A DNA stretch of 64,000 nt, taken from the NCBI RefSeq assembly GCF_006345805.1, contig NC_043013.1:50158001-50222000 (forward strand), in the 5' to 3' direction. This document shows, piece after piece, positions 38,800-52,049 of the stretch. Positions within the stretch are counted from its first letter, which is position 1, and every line of letters starts with the position of its first letter. Origin of the DNA: Octopus sinensis (Eukaryota). The translations under genes were made by a program, and so were the position numbers. A model generated the notes under the pieces. That model saw only the letters and a program-made list of their open reading frames with translations, had not been told where the DNA came from and ran no database searches.

Positions 38800-39811
38800 A
38801 CTCTGCTAACTTGGTTGTTATTATACTGCTCCAGCTTGACCAGGCGAAATTAGCATGGAAAGTAGTGGCCAACTGGCACTCCTGGCTTTCTAGGAGGGGG
38901 CCCCAAATCTTTTTGTGATACTTGCCCTTATTGTATCTACCAGAGGACTGCAGTACAACAGATGTTAGAATTTGGCCTCCTTCAACATCATGACAGTAGC
39001 CACTACAGTTGGCAGAAGGCACTCAAGTAAGCCTGGACCTCCCACTGGATTTCATCCAAGGCCTTGGTAACATTAAACATCACCTGGTCGTACTCTCTCA
39101 GGAAGCCGGCATTGGAATCAGTGAAGGCCTGCAACTTCAGCTGTGTTGTCACCCTGCGGACAGCTTCCCTATTCTTCTCCAGCAAGTTGTTCGGGATAAC
39201 AAGAGAGTCATAGGTAGAGTTCCATCTGATACTATTGGGGAGCTGTCTGCCACCACTGTGTTGCAGCTCTGCAGATTCCATGGCCTTCCTGTAGACCAAC
39301 TTAAACGAAGCGCAATCAAGAGATTTGTCAGCATCCACACTGGCTGCCAAGCTGAAGGTATGGGCTGCGCACTTCATGTGCACTGGCAGGTTTAGGCCCA
39401 GGAACTGGACTCATCAGGGATAGCATCAACAGAGATGTACTCATCTTCATCCACATCCCCAGCCTTGGGATCCACGTCCAGGTCCACATCCTTGACACCC
39501 TCCATGTCTGGATTAGCAGCAGCCTCAAGAATGCCTGGCAAGAGATCAACTCCTGTACCAAACTGCATAAAAGCTTTTGCCATTGTCTGTCATGGTCCTG
39601 GTCACCTTGTCTTCCAGACAGAACTTGTAATGGACATCCATCATGGCCTGGGCGAGAACATCAAAGGTGTGATGTCCTCTGAGCTGAGAGCAGGCCAGGA
39701 TGGCATGTTGTCTTGTGCAGGTCTTGGGAACCAACCAGTGTGCCGTCATCCCCAGGTAGGGCCGACTGACAGTCCATGGTGGTCACCACCCAGGGGACAT
39801 CCTTGAGCAAT
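38800..39811 (-). pseudogene. hAT transposase catalytic-region exon remnant
   Basis: Acceptor ttttttaattacAG, then LLKDVPWVVTTMD, TAHW...LACSQLRGHHTFDVLAQAMMDVH...KVTRTMTDNG, CAAHT and IRWNSTYD motifs; multiple frameshifts. Confidence 0.85.
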
Positions 39812-40239
39812 CTGTAATTAAAAAATATTAAATTGTAAAGAGACATAAGTTGTAAAGTTAAAAACTTAAAATTCTATATATATATATATGTTGAATAAAA
39901 TGAGACAACAAAGCTGTGTGGAATTTTCGGGACAGTTATAAACAGAAAGTCAGCCTTACAGCTGTTTCTGGGATATTAGGGATATCCCTTCATCAGAGAC
40001 GATATGAGATGGTCAGAGAGAAATATTAGAGTTCAGGAAGGAAATAAGGAGTATAGAGGGAAATAAGAGAATAAAAATAGAAATAAAAGTAAAAATAAAA
40101 ATATATAAAGATGCTATTGTTGCAGTTTCATTATCCAAGGAAAGTGGTGTGTAGAAGTGGTAGAAATGCTTCTTGTCCGTGGTATGTAAATTCCAATAGG
40201 AGTTCATATTTTGAATGCATTCCAGTTTGGTGATGGTAG

Positions 40240-43200
40240 GCATGATGGCCAGGCAGCAGTAGATGACGGACGCGATGTATGTGTTCGTTATCTCCGCCCA
40301 ACCTTTTAGGGACAGCTTCCTCTCAGCCCATTTCCAGGCAAGAGTGACCACCTTACTCATTATCTCATTCCAGTTCTTCTCCATTTTGGGGGTCTGGACC
40401 AAACCAGACCCCAAGCAACTCGACCAGACCATTGGTCCAGCATCCCACAATGGAGGTGCTGTTGGACAGCAATGACTTGTTTCTCCAGGTGCCGAGTCAC
40501 AAACCCACTGACTTTTCTGGGCTGATTTTTTGCTCCTGTTATCGCTTCATAGTCTTTCAGTGTCTCGCTGACCAGCTTGGTGTGCTCATGGCTAGACACT
40601 ATGACAGTGACGTAGTTCACGTATGTGGACACACTTGTCCCACATCCCAATTCTTGCGGAATGCCTCTCAGCATCACCTGCTTCCACAGGCGACGAGAAG
40701 GGGCATCCTTGATGGACTGAACATGCAATGTCAAAAGGTCTCAATAGATGTACATTTACATGACTTACTGAACGGATGCCTCTGTACAAGGCAGCTGTCC
40801 AGCTGTGGAAGACAGGACCAAAACCAGCTGCTATGAGAACAGCCTCCAAGTATCGGTGGTCTACCCTATCGAAAGCTTTGGACTGATCCAAATTGATCAG
40901 GGCCCCGCCTATGCTAGGTTCCTTAACTACTCTGTCTATGATGTAGTGCATCAGATGGAAGTTGTCATGGATGCTCCGGCCCAGCACGGCGCACATTTGC
41001 GCCTTGTCGACCAGTTTCTTGATGACAAGCGCCAACCTCTTGGCTAACACTTTGGCCAAAATTTTCAAATCTGCATTGAGCAGAGTGATGGGCCTAAAGT
41101 TATCTATTACGTCCCTCTTGTTTGGATCTTTCTTCAGCAGTGTTATGGCTCCTCAGCTCACAAAACCGGAGATGCTGCCAGTTGCAGTACACTGCTGGCA
41201 AGATGTCACCAAACAAGTCTGGCATACAACTACACAACCACTTATACAAACATACATAGAAACCTACAACATACCCCTACCCACCTGGCGATTTGTCCCT
41301 CGAGCATTCTCCCACCATGGTGGCACCTTCACAGCACCTTGCCTCTCTTGTTGAGTCATGGCAGGCTGTGCAGGTAGGTATTGAAGTCCATCCTGCATTC
41401 TCGCTCGACACTCATCCCAAACAGTCAAGCAAAATGCTGTTGAAAGGCCTAACACATTTGACTTGGCTTGAGTAATTCGCACCCCTGTTCATCTACCAGA
41501 GACCGAATGGTGCCTCATTGTGCCTCTTCCACCCAGGCCTCCGACGAAATTTCTGAGGAATCAGAAGTGGGTTTCTATGTATGTTTGTGTAGGTTTCTAT
41601 GTATGTTTGTGTAAGTGGTGGTGTAGTTGTTTTCGTTGATGCTGGTTGTTGACTGTTTGTGTGTGGTGTGTGCAGTATAGGGGATGAGGAATCAGTTTTT
41701 GTATTTTTCTGTTTTTCTGTTTCTTTATTTCTTGCTGTTGTTGGTAGTGTTGGTGTTTTCTCAGGTGTTGTATTATTTTTGATTGTTGATGGGTTTGCTT
41801 ATAGTGCTTCTTCTGTGTTGATGGTGGTGTGGGTAGTAGTGCTTTTTTCTTGGAATGTTTTGGCTGTGGTGGTGGTTGTTGTTGCTCTTGTTGTGCAGTG
41901 GTTGGACAATTCTTTTGCAAATGTGCTTCGCTGCTGCACAGATAGCAGCGTGGCCACCTGCTCTCCACCACTACATACAGTCTGTAGCCATCTGGCAATT
42001 CTATAGTGGTGAGTATCTTCTCTGTTGATATTTTATCAATTTGAAGAAATAATTGAATTGTTTTTCCCCACACAGTTTTGCTGTTCTTGAACAGTGATTT
42101 CCAGAATGTTTGTCTCTTCCATTTCAAAGCAGATGGCAGAGCTTAGCCATTCTGTTTCTACTTCAGGTGGCACATTTTTTATTGTGATTTTCATCACTCT
42201 CTGGCCTAAATAAGTCAGTATCATCACCAAATCATCTGTATGAAGAGCTAATGTGGAAAATCATACTTGGACTGTACCAAATTTATGCCACCAATTGATG
42301 TATTCCTTGTGAGCCCATACAGGTTGAAGACATTTTCTATTTTTTGCTGTGGTGCACTCTCCGGTCATCTTGTCTTCATGTTGATAACTTTATATATGAT
42401 TGTTTTTTTGTGTGTGTGTTTTCCATGATGTATTGTGGAATGTGGAGATGTAAATTATCTCCTTCCTTGGTGAGAAGTACCTTTTTGTTGTTTATTTCTT
42501 GTGCAGTGAATTTTACGATGGTTCTCTTTTGTTTTATCACTTCCGCGAAGTTTGTTTTGTCCTTGGTGGTGGTGGTGGTGATGTTGGTAGCATTCAAGCT
42601 GTCAGGTTCAGCAGCTAACGGTAGAGGTAGCGCCTCACTAGCATTCCGAATGACTTGTTCACTGGCCATGTGGTTTCCAGTCACCATTCTCAAAATGAAA
42701 AATGGCTAAAATGAATCCACAAAAGCCTTCAAAATTTTGGAAATTTCACCCACACAGGATCGAAATTCTATGTAAATATTTATCAAGTTTTGTAGTGAGT
42801 GTCCTTGCACAACTTTTAAACATAAAATATTTGACAACAAAAACTTTTAAACATGTACAATGGCCAACTTACATGGAGCCCATTTGACTAGCATCCGTCA
42901 ATCAAGATGGCTAGCAGTAATTTAAAATCAACAAGGAAATAATTCACCATCACTAAGAGTGACAAGGGTGCAGTGAGTGCCAGCATTACTAGAAATAAGA
43001 GCCATAGACTCCTTAGCCACAAAAGCATATGGTCTCTTTATATTGACAGGTGAGAAAACCCTTTCCACACTGAACAAGATGGCTGATTTCACAAAATGGC
43101 AATGTGAAAATTACAAAAATAAATCAAGGTGGCTAGCAACAATTTAAAACCAACAAGGAAATAATTCACCATCACTATATATAAACTGACACAGAGTATA
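40240..43200 (-). mobile_element. L1/Tx1-clade LINE remnant (ORF1 with CCHC knuckle + RT), rearranged
   Basis: RCYLCSSEAHLQKNC knuckle; RT KILAKVLAKRL...LINLDQSKAFDRVDH. Endonuclease region absent; internal inversion at about 41215-41570. Confidence 0.8.
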
Positions 43201-44181
43201 AGGAAGGCATACTAAAAAAAAACAAAAAATAAAACTAGCCTCTCATCCACATCTCCGCACAAACTGCAATGGTTTTTGTGAGCATGTGATTTATATAATT
43301 TTTTGTGGGTAGGAAGGAAGAAGGACATTTAATCACAGTATCTTATAACCATATTTTGTTTATAAAAATCACACATATTGTAGCTTAACATTTGTTACTT
43401 GGCTGTTCTAAATTCATGGAAATAACTGCTTATGAAGACTTTTTGCGGCAAGTGAAATCAAAATCAAAATCAATTCGATGACTGGCATCTGTGCTAGCAA
43501 GGTGCAAAGAGCACCATACGAGTGTGATCGTTGACAGAGCGGCTATTAGAGTATGATCGTTACCAGCGTCGCCTTACTGGCACTTATGCCTGTGCTAGTA
43601 GGGTGCAAAGAACACCATCCGAGCGTGATCGTTGCCAGAGCAGCCAACTGGCTTCTGTACCCGTGGCACATACAAGGGCACCATTCAAGCGTGATCGTTA
43701 CCAACGTCGCTTTACTGGCACGTGTAAAAAGATTCGAGCGAGATCGTTGCCCGTACCGCCTGACTGGTCCCCGTGCTGGTGGCATGTGGTTGGCATTAGG
43801 AAGGGCATCCAGCTGTAGAAACTCTGCCAGATCAAGATTGGAGCCTGGTGCAGCCATCTGGCTCGCCAGCCCTCAGTCAAAATCGTCCAACCCATGCTTG
43901 TATGGAAAGCGGATGATGATGATGATGATGATGATGATTGCCTATAATTTAAAGCTTTGTTATTAAACTTTTGAAAATAGTAACACTAATTTGAAAGGTG
44001 ACATGCTGGGGGTGAAGATTAACGAAGATGAGGGATGGTATGATAGTTGGAATTTGATTAAGTTCAGAACTTAAGGTTCATTTATTCATTATTCCTTTAA
44101 AGATTGCTGTTTTGCTGTGTGTATATTATGACATTTATTTCAATTAGCTATTATACATTTTATTACATTAATCAAGAAAGT

Positions 44182-47100
44182 TTGTTTGGCATCCTTTCTG
44201 TCTCGGGAGACAATGGAGTTGCGCATTTTTTTTTTTTTTTTTTCTAGGTCTAGTCCGGCTGTTATATTTTATTTCCTGTTACATTTCTTGCTGTGGCTGT
44301 GTAGTCCTATCCTGGACAAACCCTCCCTCTGGCAGGTACTGCAAATGTAGCGAAGACTGTTCCTGGCTGATTGTAGTGCCATGGTCTCTTGTTTATGTCT
44401 CTTCCTTTCTTTCCATTTCTCCTCTCTCTTTCTGTCACTCCTCTGCATACCCTCTTTTACTGTACGTCGCCATTCTCCACGGTTGCCGGCGACTGCCTCC
44501 CAACCGCTAATGTTGATGTTGCAGGCCTTCATATCCCTTTTGCAAACATCCTTGTAACGTAAGATCGGTCTACCCACAGACCTAGTACCCCTAGAAAGCT
44601 CTCCGTAGAGTATGTCCTTGGGGATTCTGCCATCTTTCTTACGGCTAACATGCCCAAGCCATCTCATACGTCTTTGTGTGAGGAGTGCAAACATGCTTGG
44701 TATTCCTGCTTGCCTGAGGACATCTTTGTTGGGGATATGATTCTGCCATTTGATGTGGAGGATTTTTCGGAGGCAGCGCAGGTGAAAGATGTTTAGGCGA
44801 CGCTCTTGGCGTGTGTATAGCGTTCAGGTCTCGCTTCCATACAGTAGAGTGCTGAGTACACATGCCTGGTAGATCTTCATTTTTGTGGTCTTGGTCAGCT
44901 TATTGTTGTCCCAAGCCCGTTTGGAGAGTTGGGCCATCGCAGCAGCTGCCTTGCCAATGCGTATATTGAGCTCAGCGTCAAGGGATAGGTTGTAGGTGAC
45001 GGTAGAGCCCAGATAGGTAAACTTCTCCACCTCTTGTAATCTGTGGTCTCCAATATGTATGTTTGGGATGTCCGATGTAGCCTGGCCCATGATGTTGGTC
45101 TTCTTAAGGCTGATAGCTAAGCCAAAGTCGTTACATGCTTGCTCAAAACAGTTAATGAGCCTTTGGAGGGCTTCTTCTGTGTGTGTTACCAGAGCGGCAT
45201 CATCAGCAAATAACATCTCCTTGATCAGGACGTTTCTGATTTTGGTCTTGGCACGCAGGCGCGAGAGATTGAACAGTTTCCCGTCACTTCTACTGTGCAG
45301 AAACACTCCATCATCTGATGTCTGAAAGGCATGTGTCAGCAAGAGTGAGAAGAAGATGCCAAACAATGTAGGAGCGAGGACACAGCCTTGCTTTACCCCG
45401 TTTTTTATTTGGAAGGCGGCTGATGTTGAACCGTTGTGCTGTATGGTGCCTTGCATGTCATCATGGAAAGACTTGATGATCCTCAGCAGCTTTGGTGGAC
45501 ATCCGATTTTTTGGAGCAGGAGGAAGAGGCCTGTTCTGCTTACCAAGTCAAAAGCCTTTGTTAGATCAATGAAGGCCATATATAATGGCATTTTCTGCTC
45601 TCTGGACTTCTCCTGAAGTTGGCGTATGGAGAATATCATATCGATAGTTGATCTGCTTCTTCTAAAGCCACACTGCAATTCCGGATAGATTCGAGAAGCA
45701 AGTAGTTGTAGCCTGGCCAGGATAACGCGGGCAAAGGTCTTTCCAACAGTGCTTAGAAGAGATATTCCACGGTAATTGTTACAATCACCACGGTCACCTT
45801 TGTTTTTGTAGAGCGTAATGATGTTGGCATCCCGCATATCCTGAGGGACTGTACCCTCTTCCCAGCACTGACACAGAAGCTCATGAAGGTGCCGAAGCAG
45901 GATGGTGTTTTTGCCGGCTTTGATGATCTCTGAGGGGATGCCGTCTTTTCCGGAGCCTTATTTCTTGCTAGGGAGTCAACAGCCTTGGTGAGCTCTGCTA
46001 TAGATGGCGGACTGTCAAGTTCGCACATGACTGGCAAGATCTTGACACTCTCGACTGCAGCCTCAGCCACTGTGGTCTCCCGTGAGTAGAGATCCTGGTA
46101 GTGCTCCACCCATCTATCCATTTGCTTGCCTTGATCCCTGATGAGATCTCCAGTAGTTGATTTCAGAGGGGCTGACTTGGTTGCGGATGGACCGAGGGCC
46201 TTCTTCAAACCAGCATACATCCCACGGGTGTTGCCCCTGTCAGCAGCTGACTGGATACTCTGACAGATTTCCTGCCAATACCTATTTGCACAGCATCTGG
46301 CTGTCAGTTGGGTTTTATTTCGTGCCTTTCTGAGTTCTTCGAGTGACTTTGTAGAAGAGTCACTCTTGTATTGCACCAGAGCTGCACGCTTTGCTTCGAT
46401 AACTGGCTCCAGCTCTGAGAGCCCAGCATTGAACCAATCTGGGTTTTGCCTTTCTCTCATGCCGAAAGTATCCAATGATGTCGTATACAAGGCTTCCCTG
46501 ATATAGTCCCACCTACTTCCAGCAGAGGAGGTTGGGCAGCTACTGAGGGCAACCTTGATAGAAGCAGCAAAATATTTTCGCAGTGTAGGGTCCGAGGTTC
46601 TGGCGGTGTTGATGCGTGGTCGGCCCACTTTCATGGAGCGATGGACTTTTTTAGGGAGAATCCTCACCCTGCTTCTAATTAGTGAGTGGTCTGTGTCACA
46701 ATCCACACTGTGGTAACTGCGGGTCAATAGAGTGGAACTCAGAAAGGATCTCCGTGTAATGATGAGATCCAGCTGATGCCAGTGGTGAGATCTTGGATGT
46801 CTCCAGGATGCCTTGTGGGATGGCTTGCTGGTAAAGAATGTGTTTGTGATGCACAGGTTGTGGTATGTGCAGAATTCGAGTAGTCTCTGACCATTGTCAT
46901 TCATGTTGCCAATACCAAAGTGTCCAACACAAATGGGCCACGAATCATGGTCAGATCCCACGCGAGCGTTAAAATCCCCTAGAAGGTAGATATTTTCAGT
47001 CGTTGGTATATTTTCTAGGACACAGTTGAGATCTTTGTAGAACTGGTCCTTGGTCTCCTCTGAGCTGTAGAGAGTGGGAGCATAGATGCTGAGTAGATAC

Positions 47101-48124
47101 TGAGTCCAGAAGAAGTCGAGAGGCGCAGTGAGAGGATACGCTCAGTGCCTCCCGATGGTGGTTCTATTGAGGAAGTAGTGAGTTTCTCACTGCAAAGCCA
47201 ACGCCATGTTGACGAGGTTCTTCTGGATCTCTTCCTGCCAAAAGAAGGTGAAGTCCTGCTCTCTGAGTCTGCCGTTTGAGGGAAGTCTTGTCTCCTGCAG
47301 CCCAGCAATATCTATGTTGAGCCTCTTTAGTTCACGGTCAATGATGGCCGTTTTCCTTGTGTCTTCAATACTGAGAAGATCGTCAGATATTCCAGGACAC
47401 ATGGTCCTGACATTCCAGCTTGCCAACTGCAGAACTGGTGTTTTCTTGAATTTTAGTTGCTTGCCTGGTGCAGAGGTTGCAGGCCGCTTTTCGAGTCGTA
47501 CTCTTAGCTCCAAGCACCCAATGGAACAGGCGGCTTGTGGCGGGTCAGCACCTTATTAACTGGGGGCTGCCCAGCTTGAGGTGGGCAGTAGCTAACCAAT
47601 AGGACACGGAAGTCCCTCCCACCGGCAGAGGTAACCCGTAGCGTCCATATTTTACGCCAATCTGAATGGACTTATCACTCGTAACTGTTACCTCCCGTGT
47701 TGTTTCTGCAGCTTTTTACAGCAGCACTGAAGTGTCCTCTCCAGTTTTGCGCAGGCCTGGGCTATAGATAAGAAAGTCCTGGGTAGCCCAATCGTCAGGT
47801 TTCCTCTCTCGACCTTGCTGATGTAGTCCAGTGGAGTGCAGTGCATTACGTTTGGCACCAGCTTGGTTGCAGGAGCTGCCGGAAGAGTGTCGAATCGAAC
47901 ACTAGACCGCCTTCGGGGCTCCACTCCGGATTTCATTGAAGGTTGACTCCTTTCTGTAACCCTGGATAGGGGCCCATACCGGGTACTGTCAGCCGGAGCC
48001 AGCTGAGCCCGGAACTCGTGTCAGGCAGGGTCGTCACTCCCTGAAGTAGTGAAGAAGTTCGCTACCCACTACCTTTTCAAGTAATGTTAAATTATTATTA
48101 CGGTTTTTTTATTTTTTTTTATTT
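44182..48124 (-). mobile_element. Near-full-length RTE-clade (BovB/AviRTE-like) LINE
   Basis: 5'UTR, APE (ASWNVRT, GLQETR, GDFNARVG, HCDTDH-like), RT (NYRGISLL, IDLTKAFD, GVKQGC, LFADD) and C-terminal C..C; 3' end ccattgtctcccgagacagaaaggatgcc. Candidate TSD TCAAGAAAGT (44172-44181 / 48125-48134). Three frameshifts plus one TGA by eye. Confidence 0.9.
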
Positions 48125-48228
48125 TCAAGAAAGTAATTATTTAATAAATAATTAAATTGAATTAAGAAAATATGAAGTACGCCATAATAGTAATTTAATA
48201 ATCTCGTATAATTTTAATTTATAAATAC

Positions 48229-48760
48229 CTTGTAAGATACTCCTCCAACTGTTTATGACTGTCCAAGATCATCCTACCCAGAGTGGGGTGTGACATCGAT
48301 GCCTTGCTGGGGTTCAACATCTTGATCAGGCCAACCAAGGTAGACTCCAGTAACATGTTGTCAATAAACAGATCTACAATCCTTCTGTTCACCAAAGACT
48401 GATGAATGCCAGTGCCAGTAGTTTGGGCAAACACACCCTCTGATGCTGGGCTGGCATGCTTTCTTTGCACATAGTTGTGACAACTGGCTACGGGCACTGC
48501 TACCACAAGATTGCCTGTGTTTCCCATGGGAAGAGCTGGCCTTGATCCTCCCTTCAAACTGAATGGACATGCACTGTGTTTCCTCTTGACATGCAACTTC
48601 AAGTTGTAGAGGTTCACTGCTTGTCCCCTGATGGTGGTTTCCTCAGGGTGGCACATGATGCATCAGGAGTACAAGAGTTTGACATTCCCATTATCCTTTG
48701 ACATACAAAGTAGTCTTCCATGTGGAGCTATGGGTTCTGAGACTCTTTGCTCTCAACTTG
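48229..48760 (-). pseudogene. hAT transposase 5' exon remnant (BED-finger region)
   Basis: NLKLHVKRKH (BED finger end) and downstream IVDLFIDNML...LGRMILDSHKQLEEYLTR, ending at donor AG|GT (48228). Degenerate. Confidence 0.7.
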
Positions 48761-49404
48761 AGCGACCTCTGCCTCACCCACAGCCGTTGCAGACTCCTCA
48801 AGAGGCCCTTCATCCTCAGGCCCAACAAAAACGTCTTCACCTTCCATAGCAATAAGCAACAACTTGATAAGCTGATAACATAGACTACTGTCACTGACAT
48901 GGTAAGACTGTCTGTAAAGTGACAACGTTGTAAGTGAACACAACTTAAAAACTGCAGAATTACACAAAGCTGCTGCTACTGCGTTGGCCAATCACATCTT
49001 GTCCCATGTACACATAGTAAACCAATAGTGTGCCTCATGGACTCTTCAAAACACACCCACAACAGACAGGAGCAAACATATGAATTTTATTAGCAGATTT
49101 AAAGTTAGCAGAAGCTAATTGGTCTGCTAATGGTTTCGAAAATTAGCAAAACGCTAATCCGCTAAATGAAAACTTAGCTTCGCTAATTAGTTGTTAACGC
49201 ATTAGTGGAAGTGTGCCCACCACTTCCGCTGAGGTTGATTTTTTTCTTTTTGAGATCAATTACAGAAGTACCAATTGAGCACTAAGGGTCAATGTAATCC
49301 ACCCCACCCCCCAAATTGCTAGCCTTGTGCCAAAATTTGAAACCAATATACATATAACTATTTTCAAGTAAATTATCTCCAAAATATAATAATGATTTTC
49401 TTAC

Positions 49405-49455
49405 CTTCTTCTGTAGCAATAGCGTTCACTTGAATAGACATTTGGAGAGAAACTG
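49405..49455 (-). CDS. Candidate 51-nt (or 48-nt) symmetric cassette exon of the host gene
   Basis: Acceptor tcttttacAG(CAG), donor AAG|GTAAGA. Open in phase 2->2 (SFSPNVYSSERYCYRR), compatible with both flanking exons, but not needed to keep the frame. Confidence 0.4.
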
Positions 49456-49729
49456 CTGTAAAAGATTAACAGATGTTAGGCACTGAGTGTAAAGCTAATA
49501 TGACAGACATAATATAACCTAATGTGATATGCATAAAATATAAAATGCTGTAATATTTATTATATTGTTTTTTATTTTATTTGTTTCAGTCATTTGACTG
49601 TGGCCATGCTAGAGCACCACCTTTAGTCAAACAAATCAACCCTAGGACTTATTCTTTATAAGCTTAGTACTTATCCTATCAGTCTCTTTTGCTAAACCAC
49701 TAAGTTACAGGGATGTAAACACAGAGATG

Positions 49730-50772
49730 ATGAAGACAGAGACCATGGAGGAAATCACAAGAATACTAAATGAAATATTCCAAGAATGAGACCTCTTAGA
49801 TGAGCTTCTTGTGGACTTGGAGGTGCTGAGAGAAATGCTCAACAAGTGTCATGTTAGCTGTTTCTTCAGGGCAGCATACTGGCCAAGTGGCATTGGTGTT
49901 GTGGAGAAGCATCATTGCACCATCAAGACCATAGCAGAGAGAGGCCACATCTCACCAGTCAAGGCTGTTTTTTGGTATAATATGTTACCCAGGTCAGGAT
50001 AGGCTGAGGAATCAGTGCCACACAAGGCAATATTCAAGTATGTGTGGAGACATCCATGTACTGCATTGCTGCAACCCAAAGAAGAGAAAGAGCATACCTT
50101 TGTGGAGGTCAAGGAAGAAGTCTGGGTTAAATCCCCAAATGCATGGTGCACATCACAATGAGGAAAGGGGACAATAACCTCTGTAAATTCGAGGAACAAC
50201 GTGTCCGTAGATGGCATGCTACATCATGTTTTAGATGTGCACAGGATCATCAATGTGTTGGAGGATGGAGCCAACAGTAATGGACAAGAGGATGAAGCTG
50301 GCAGCAGCATACCAAGGACTGAGGCCAGTCCTGAAGTCCCACAGCGACCACAGAAGGAGCGATACCCTCCTCACTGGTTAGCTGATTACGAGACAAGTTA
50401 AGGCATGTGGTCAGGGTTGAGGAGAGAGTGTGAGCAGGTTGGTTGAATGATCTTCAGATCAGGGTGGGCGTGTGGTGTTATGAGCCAGGCTGTGTTGTAG
50501 GGAAGGACTGGAAGTGAGGAAGTATGCATATTCTGTTGGAAGTGGGGCCTGTGAGTCCCACCAGAAGGTCTGCAGTGGGCATGCAGGGTTGGCAAGGTGC
50601 AAGTGGTCAGTTGGCAGTGGACAGTGTACGAGAGCATGTGGACGTTATAAGTGACCCCTTCCACATACAGTGGCAGACAGAGCACATGGACATTGTGAGT
50701 GACCCTTCTAGATAAACAGGTAAGACTACGGTAATTCTCTCTCTGTTTCCGATTTTTCTCCTTCACATCACA
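49730..50772 (+). mobile_element. Gypsy-like LTR retrotransposon 3' fragment (integrase, PPT, 3'LTR)
   Basis: FRAAYWPSGIGVVEKHHCTIK...AVFWYN integrase motif and YPPHWLADY pol end. Purine tract agggtgggcg (50461-50470), then LTR TGTGGTGT (50471)...CACATCACA (50772). Confidence 0.8.
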
Positions 50773-50974
50773 TGCATTTTCCACATTTAGTAACCTTTCA
50801 TAGAGACACTCCTATGCATCTTCCATGCATACCATCAACCATTCACACATTTCTCACCCACCACATCTTTGTTCTCTCTGCTTTGCAATCCTAAACACCT
50901 CATGCCTCTGATCCTGAGACTGTAGATCTTTGGCAAACCTCTTACCTTCTGCTATTCCTTTTGCTATGTAAACC

Positions 50975-51830
50975 TGTCACCTAGCTTTCCTTCTGGCTAC
51001 TGGGTAAAATCCTCTGCTTCCACTATTTTTCCAGTCTTTCCAGGCCTTTCTCTTTGCTTTTATAGCACTGTTCACCTCCTTGTTCCACCACCATATCACC
51101 CTCAGCCTAGCTGGGACTGTGCACGAATCACAGATTTGGTATGTAGCCCTCAGTAGATTGTCCCACAGAAACTTCCATTTGTCGTCTAAGCTATATGTCC
51201 CCAACTCTTCCACCCTTTTGTCAGAAGCTTCCATTAGAATATCTCTGAATTTCCATCTGTTTGCTGCGTTTTTGAGCTTCCATAATCTTCTTTTCCAGAA
51301 TGATTTATCTCTCCAAGTCTTTCCAGCTCTAATTCTGAAATCCCTAACTAGTAGCCTATGTTGGGTTGTAAACTCTTCACCTGGGAAAGACTTAGTGTTT
51401 GCAAGTATCTGTCTATCGTGGTGCCTGGCCAGGAGGTAATCAATATGGCTAATGTACCCCACCAAACTGATAAGTGATTAGGTGGCTTGGCAGGTTTCCT
51501 GAAGTTGATGTGGCAGATCATGAGATCATTTGCATCACAGGACTCTAACAGTGTTGTTCCATCCTCATTCCGACAACCAAAGCCATAACCACCATGCACT
51601 CCATGGGGATGCTGTCCAACATGCCCTTTGAAGTCACCAGCCACAATAACAAAGTTTCTGTCATTCATTGTTGAAGTAGTCTGCAAAAGGACCTCATAAA
51701 ATTGGTCCTTCTGGTCATCAGCCAGACCAGACTAAGAAGCATAGGCAGAGATAAATGTAACTGTTAATTTATCTATGATAAGTCTCAGCTTAATTAGCCC
51801 ATCACATACTCTGACTACCTCAGTTACCTT
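50975..51830 (-). mobile_element. RTE-clade LINE APE fragment
   Basis: VIVAGDFKGHVG...NFRKPA and QHRLLVRDFR. Confidence 0.75.
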
Positions 51831-52049
51831 ATCTACCCACTTTTCTGCTAACTATGCCTACACCATCCATGAATATATATCTATAACTATGCCTGCCTGC
51901 CTACCTATATATGCACACAAATGAATATGCATGCATACATACATATAAGAAGACAAAAAGGGGTTACGAAAACCAGGCCAATGTAAATAAAGCACTCAGT
52001 TTTAAATGAATTTGGTTAACTATATCCAACAACCAGACACCAATAAATG

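Larger units (their letters stand above)
38180..49225 (-). mobile_element. Ac/Tol2-like hAT DNA transposon with nested insertions
   Basis: TIRs CAGTGGTGGACACA (38180) and revcomp AAGTGGTGGGCACA (49212-49225), 12/14 match. Degenerate 8-bp TSD ccactgaa/ccgctgag. GCTAA/TTAGC-rich subtermini. It interrupts a SINE whose halves rejoin across it. Confidence 0.85.
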
